DNA from: Frankiaceae bacterium
Lineage (GTDB): Bacteria; Actinomycetota; Actinomycetes; BP-191
Reading direction: 5' to 3'
Length of the DNA: 64,000 nt
NCBI GenBank assembly: GCA_035556555.1
Contig: DATMES010000053.1
Location: forward strand, 3,418 to 67,417
In this document: positions 59,913 through 64,000 of the stretch, piece after piece
How the letters are laid out: each line of letters starts with the position of its first letter
Position numbering within the stretch: the first letter of the stretch is position 1
Translations under genes and position numbers: made by a program
Notes under the pieces: generated by a model
The model's input: the letters and a program-made list of their open reading frames with translations, nothing else
Databases searched by the model: none
Told to the model about the DNA's origin: nothing

Positions 59913-60683
59913 GTGGGCAAGCAGCGCGTACCCGAAGGGCCTCCGCCACCTCCCGTGGTGCAGAAGGTCCGCATCCGGTACGCCAAGCGCGGGCGGCTGC
60001 GGTTCATCAGCCACCGCGACTTCGCCCGCGCGCTCGAACGCGCCCTCCGTCGCGCGGGCGCGCCGGTGGCGTTCAGCGCCGGGTTCTCGCCGCACCCCAA
60101 GATCAGCTACGTGGGCGCGGCGCCCACGGGCGCGGCCAGCGAGGCCGAGTACGTCGAGGTGTCGCTCGCCGAGCGGGTCGACCCGGAGGCGTTCGCGAAG
60201 GCGGTCGACGACTCGCTGCCGCCGGGGCTCGACGTCGTGGAGTGCGTGGAGGCTCGTACGGGCTCGCTGCCCGACCGGATCGACGGCTCGGCGTGGGACG
60301 TGCGGCTGCCGGGCGTGCCGGTGGACGTCGCCGCGAGCGCGCTCCAGGCGTTCCTCGCGGCGGAGTCCGTGGAGGTCGATCGGAAGACGAAGGACGGCAC
60401 GCGGCGCATCGACGCCAGGGCCGCCGTCCGACACGCCGAGGTACGGGCGTCGGACCTCGAACCTGCGTGTGCGATACTCAGCCTCGTCGTGCGGCACACC
60501 ACACCCGCCGTACGGCCCGACGACGTTCTGTCGGGGCTTCGCGCAGTCGCGGGGCTCGATCTGCCCGCCCCACCAGAGGCGACGCGATCGGCCCAAGGGC
60601 TGCTCGACGAGGCCGGCCACCTGGCCGATCCGCTGGCGCCTGACCGCGCGGCGGGTGCCGACGCCGTCGCGGACGCCCACTAG
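59913..60683 (+). CDS. radical-SAM-associated protein (TIGR03936 / DUF2344-like)
   Basis: The sequence VRIRYAKRGRLRFISHRDFARALERALRRAG...FSAGFSPHPKISY is the hallmark of this family. Confidence 0.85.
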   Translation: MGKQRVPEGPPPPPVVQKVRIRYAKRGRLRFISHRDFARALERALRRAGAPVAFSAGFSPHPKISYVGAAPTGAASEAEYVEVSLAERVDPEAFAKAVDDSLPPGLDVVECVEARTGSLPDRIDGSAWDVRLPGVPVDVAASALQAFLAAESVEVDRKTKDGTRRIDARAAVRHAEVRASDLEPACAILSLVVRHTTPAVRPDDVLSGLRAVAGLDLPAPPEATRSAQGLLDEAGHLADPLAPDRAAGADAVADAH

Positions 60684-60781
60684 GGCGACCAGGCTTCCGG
60701 TGGTACGCCACCGGCTCGACACAGGAAGCACGTTCTGTGCGGCGCGATCCGCGCCCGGGACGTGTCGGAGGAACGTTCGGC

Positions 60782-63283
60782 ATGGCCGACGACTACAGCA
60801 CCACCGAGACACCCGCCCCCGCCAAGCCGGCCCGCAAGCGCGCGCCGCGCAAGGCCGCGGCTCCCGCCGTACCCGCCGAGTCGGTGGGGGAGGGCGCGCT
60901 CGCGGAGGCCGCCCTGGAGGGCGCACCCGCCGCGCCCGCCAAGCGCACCCGCGCCCGCAAGGCCGCACCGCCCGCCGAGCCGGCCGCCGAGACCCCTGAG
61001 GGCGACGCCCCCGCGGCCCCCGCGAAGCGGACCCGCGCCCGCAAGGCCGCCGCGCCCGCCGAGGCGCCCGCCGGCGACGAGACCGAGGCTCCGGCCGAGA
61101 CCGGCGGCCGCCGCCGCCGTACGCCGCCGCCTCCGGTCGTCATGTTCCAGGCGCCGGTCGTCCCCGAGGCCGACCCGGTCGCCGAGGAGGACGAGGAGGA
61201 GGCCGTCGCGCCGCCCGCGCGCGCCCCCCGCCAGCGCAAGCCGCGCATCGTGCTCGACCCGAAGGACCAGCCGGCCACCACGGAGGAGGAGCCCGCCGCG
61301 GCCGAGGCTGCCGAGGAGGAGCCCGCCGAGGGCGAGGACGGTGAGGGCGGGCCGCGCAAGCGCCGCCGCCGCGGCCGTCGCGGCAGGGGCAAGGGACGTA
61401 CGGGCGAGGAGGGTGCCGCCGAGGGCGACGAGCCCCAGGAAGCCGCTGCGGAGCAGGCCGAGGCGCCCGCCGAGGGCGAGGAGGGCGAGGACGGCGACAC
61501 GCCGTCCGGCACCCGCCGCCGCCGGCGCCGCCGCAGGGGGAGCGGCGAGGCCGTGGAGACCGTCGTCGAGGACGGCGTACCGACGGTGGTCAAGGTCCGC
61601 GCGCCCCGCGAGCCGCGCCAGCCGAAGGAGCCCAACTCCGAGATCCAGGGCGTCCGCGGCTCCACGCGCCTGGAGGCCAAGCGCCAGCGCCGCCGCGACG
61701 GCCGCGACCAGAGCAGGCGGCGTCCGCCGATCGTGTCGGAGGCGGAGTTCCTCGCCCGCCGCGAGTCGGTCGAGCGCGTCATGCTCGTACGCCAGGACGG
61801 CGACACCACCCAGATCGCCGTGCTCGAGGACGACATCCTCGTCGAGCACTACGTCACGCGGGCCAGCGCGACGTCGTACGCCGGCAACGTCTACCTCGGC
61901 CGCGTCCAGAACGTCCTGCCGTCGATGGAGGCGGCGTTCGTCGACATCGGCAAGGGCCGCAACGCCGTCCTCTACGCCGGCGAGGTCAACTACGACGCCT
62001 CCGCGCTGGAGGGCCGCCCGCCGCGCATCGAGCAGGCGCTGAAGAGCGGCCAGCAGGTCGTCGTCCAGGTCACCAAGGACCCGATCGGCCACAAGGGCGC
62101 GCGGCTCACGTCCCAGGTCTCGCTGCCGGGCCGCTACATGGTGTACGTCCCCGAGCAGTCCATGACAGGCATCTCGCGCAAGCTGCCCGACACCGAGCGC
62201 GCGCGGCTCAAGACGCTGCTCAAGGCGCTCAAGCCGGAGGGCGCGGGCGTCATCATCCGCACCGCCGCCGAGGGCGCCAGCGAGGAGGACCTCACCGCCG
62301 ACCTGCGCCGCCTCCAGGCGCAGTGGGAGGTCATCGAGAAGAAGGCCAAGAAGGAGACCGCTCCCGCGCTCCTGCACGGCGAGCCCGATCTCGTCATCCG
62401 CGTCGTCCGCGACAACTTCAACGAGGACTTCGCCAAGCTCATCGTCGAGGGCGACGAGGACTTCGAGCTCATCGAGGGGTACCTCTCGACGCTCGCCCCC
62501 GACCTCCTCCCCAAGCTCGAACGCCACAGCGGCAACAAGGCGATCTTCGAGGCGTACCGCGTCGACGAGCAGATCGCGAAGGCGCTGGACCGCAAGGTCT
62601 CGCTGCCGTCCGGTGGGTCGCTGGTGATCGACCGTACGGAGGCCATGACGGTCGTCGACGTCAACACCGGCAAGTTCACCGGCAAGGGCGGCAACCTCGA
62701 GGAGACCGTCACCAAGAACAACCTCGAGGCCGCCGAGGAGATCGTCCGCCAGCTCAGGCTGCGCGACATCGGCGGGATCATCGTCGTCGACTTCATCGAC
62801 ATGATCCTCGAGAGCAACCGCGAGCTCGTGACGCGGCGTCTCAAGGAGTGCCTCGGCCGCGACCGCACCAAGCACCAGGTCGCCGAGCTCACCTCGCTGG
62901 GCCTGCTGCAGATGACGCGCAAGCGGATCTCGCAGGGTCTGTTCGAGGCGTTCACCGAGCAGTGCCCGGAGTGCAACGGGCGCGGGGTGAAGGTCGTCCG
63001 CGAGTTCCCGACGGGCGGCAAGCAGAAGGGCGCGCCGACGCCGGCCCAGGTGGCCAAGCGCGGCCCCAAGCCGGAGAAGGCCGAGTCGAACGGCGCCCCG
63101 GCCGAGGAGCCGGTGGAGGCGCCGGCCGAGCCGGTGGCCGACGCCGTGGCCGAGCCGGTCGCCGACCCGCCGCCGGCTCCGGAGCCCGCCGCGGAGGCCG
63201 CGCCGGACGGCGCCGCGCCGGCTGCCGACTACGAGGACCTGACCCCGCCTGAGTGGCGCTTCGCCGCCGCGCCCGCGGAGTAG
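60782..63283 (+). CDS. rne: ribonuclease E/G family endoribonuclease
   Basis: ATG 60782 is preceded by GGAGGA. A long Ala/Pro/Arg/Glu-rich N-terminal region precedes the S1 domain (GNVYLGRVQNVLPSMEAAFVDIG), the catalytic core (GGIIVVDFIDM) and a zinc link (CPECNGRG). Confidence 0.93.
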   Translation: MADDYSTTETPAPAKPARKRAPRKAAAPAVPAESVGEGALAEAALEGAPAAPAKRTRARKAAPPAEPAAETPEGDAPAAPAKRTRARKAAAPAEAPAGDETEAPAETGGRRRRTPPPPVVMFQAPVVPEADPVAEEDEEEAVAPPARAPRQRKPRIVLDPKDQPATTEEEPAAAEAAEEEPAEGEDGEGGPRKRRRRGRRGRGKGRTGEEGAAEGDEPQEAAAEQAEAPAEGEEGEDGDTPSGTRRRRRRRRGSGEAVETVVEDGVPTVVKVRAPREPRQPKEPNSEIQGVRGSTRLEAKRQRRRDGRDQSRRRPPIVSEAEFLARRESVERVMLVRQDGDTTQIAVLEDDILVEHYVTRASATSYAGNVYLGRVQNVLPSMEAAFVDIGKGRNAVLYAGEVNYDASALEGRPPRIEQALKSGQQVVVQVTKDPIGHKGARLTSQVSLPGRYMVYVPEQSMTGISRKLPDTERARLKTLLKALKPEGAGVIIRTAAEGASEEDLTADLRRLQAQWEVIEKKAKKETAPALLHGEPDLVIRVVRDNFNEDFAKLIVEGDEDFELIEGYLSTLAPDLLPKLERHSGNKAIFEAYRVDEQIAKALDRKVSLPSGGSLVIDRTEAMTVVDVNTGKFTGKGGNLEETVTKNNLEAAEEIVRQLRLRDIGGIIVVDFIDMILESNRELVTRRLKECLGRDRTKHQVAELTSLGLLQMTRKRISQGLFEAFTEQCPECNGRGVKVVREFPTGGKQKGAPTPAQVAKRGPKPEKAESNGAPAEEPVEAPAEPVADAVAEPVADPPPAPEPAAEAAPDGAAPAADYEDLTPPEWRFAAAPAE

Positions 63284-63296
63284 ACCAGCGCGAAAA

Positions 63297-63354
63297 TCGT
63301 GATCTTGGCAACGTTCGTGTAGCCCGGCGCGCGCAAACGTTGCCAAGATCACGA
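63297..63354. repeat. interspersed hairpin repeat, family 2, copy B (after rne)
   Basis: The 19-bp perfect arms are tcgtgatcttggcaacgtt / aacgttgccaagatcacga. Relative to copy A, the G-to-A change in the left arm is matched by C-to-T in the right arm. Confidence 0.65.
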
Positions 63355-63450
63355 AAACCGGGCTCCCGCGCCACCCTCCGCACAGGGAGGAAACGGGACG
63401 TTCCGGGCGAAGGAGGGGGAGTAGAGCCCCCTCGCGTCAGGAGCCCCGTT

Positions 63451-64000
63451 GTGACCCGTGCGCGCACGCTGCTGCCCGCAGCCGCCGCCCTGACCGCTCT
63501 CGCGCTCGCCGTGACCGCCCCGGCCCCGAGCCGTACGCAGGCGACGCAGCAGGCGCTCCCGCAGCGCGCGTACAGCATCCCGACGCTCGGCGAGCTCGGC
63601 GACCAGCCGGTCCCCGGCGACGCCGCGCTGCTGCGTACCGCCGGCAAGACGGGTGTCGTGCCTCCCGGGGCGTACGCGAAGGCCCGCAGGCAGGCCCGCG
63701 CCACGATGGCCCGTACCAAGGCCGCGCAGCCCCAGGCCGTGGACCCGCAGTGGGAGCTGCACGGACCGCAGCACATCGGCGGCCGCGTGCTCGACGTCGT
63801 CATCGACCCGCTCCGCGAGAATGCCATCTACGTCGCCACGGCCACCGGCGGCGTCTGGCACTCGACCGACGCCGGCATGACGTACACGTCGGTCTGGCCC
63901 GACGACTACGTCCAGACGATCGGCGCCCTGGCGGTCGCGCCCGACGGCACCCTCTACGCAGGCACCGGCGAGGCGGGTCCCGGCGGCGGCTCGCTGACGT
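63451..64000 (+). CDS. secreted BNR/Asp-box repeat (sialidase/sortilin-like beta-propeller) protein, 3' end cut by window edge
   Basis: GTG 63451 is preceded by AGGAG. A signal peptide (LLPAAAALTALALAVTA) is followed by GGVWHSTDAGMTYTSVW (Asp-box-like). The frame is open to the window end and absent from the ORF track. Confidence 0.65.
   Translation, partial: MTRARTLLPAAAALTALALAVTAPAPSRTQATQQALPQRAYSIPTLGELGDQPVPGDAALLRTAGKTGVVPPGAYAKARRQARATMARTKAAQPQAVDPQWELHGPQHIGGRVLDVVIDPLRENAIYVATATGGVWHSTDAGMTYTSVWPDDYVQTIGALAVAPDGTLYAGTGEAGPGGGSLT

Noticed and set aside
60680-63352. 890-aa minus-strand ORF opposite rne
   Set aside because: It is a shadow ORF with low-complexity Gly/Arg/Leu/Ala sequence, and the sense strand carries unmistakable RNase E/G motifs.

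Overview
This is a very GC-rich actinomycete chromosomal segment. Third-codon-position GC is near saturation in real genes, which also produces many long spurious antisense ORFs in the six-frame track. The backbone is a conserved housekeeping and cell-shape neighbourhood in Streptomyces-like order: ettA ... pepN ... tRNA-Gly/tRNA-Pro, tig, clpP1, clpP2, clpX, valS, folC, ndk, mreB, mreC, mreD, PBP2, rodA ... radical-SAM pair, rne. I call about 65 CDS (several below the ORF-track size cutoff or running off the window edge), 2 tRNAs, 1 probable frameshifted gene, two short interspersed repeat families and several long perfect hairpins. I saw no rRNA, CRISPR array, transposase, integrase or prophage genes. 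The most unusual content is an accessory-looking operon at about 20.5-29.0 kb. It encodes a 56-aa membrane peptide, a two-domain SAM methyltransferase and three tandem paralogous membrane-anchored alkaline-phosphatase-superfamily (sulfatase/LtaS/EptA-like) proteins, and it runs by overlapping stop/start codons into rpiB. I cannot map this composition to any characterised pathway. Other items worth a second look: an orphan Cys-rich peptide with a GG-type natural-product-like leader beside tRNA-Pro; a C2H2 zinc-finger micro-ORF; a Lys-rich 19-aa micro-ORF; a frameshifted lipoprotein gene in an ECF sigma operon; a 409-bp unit flanked by 24-nt direct repeats; and a MITE-like repeat inserted in tig-clpP and mreC-mreD spacers. 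All functional calls rest on motif recognition by eye, since no database search was possible.
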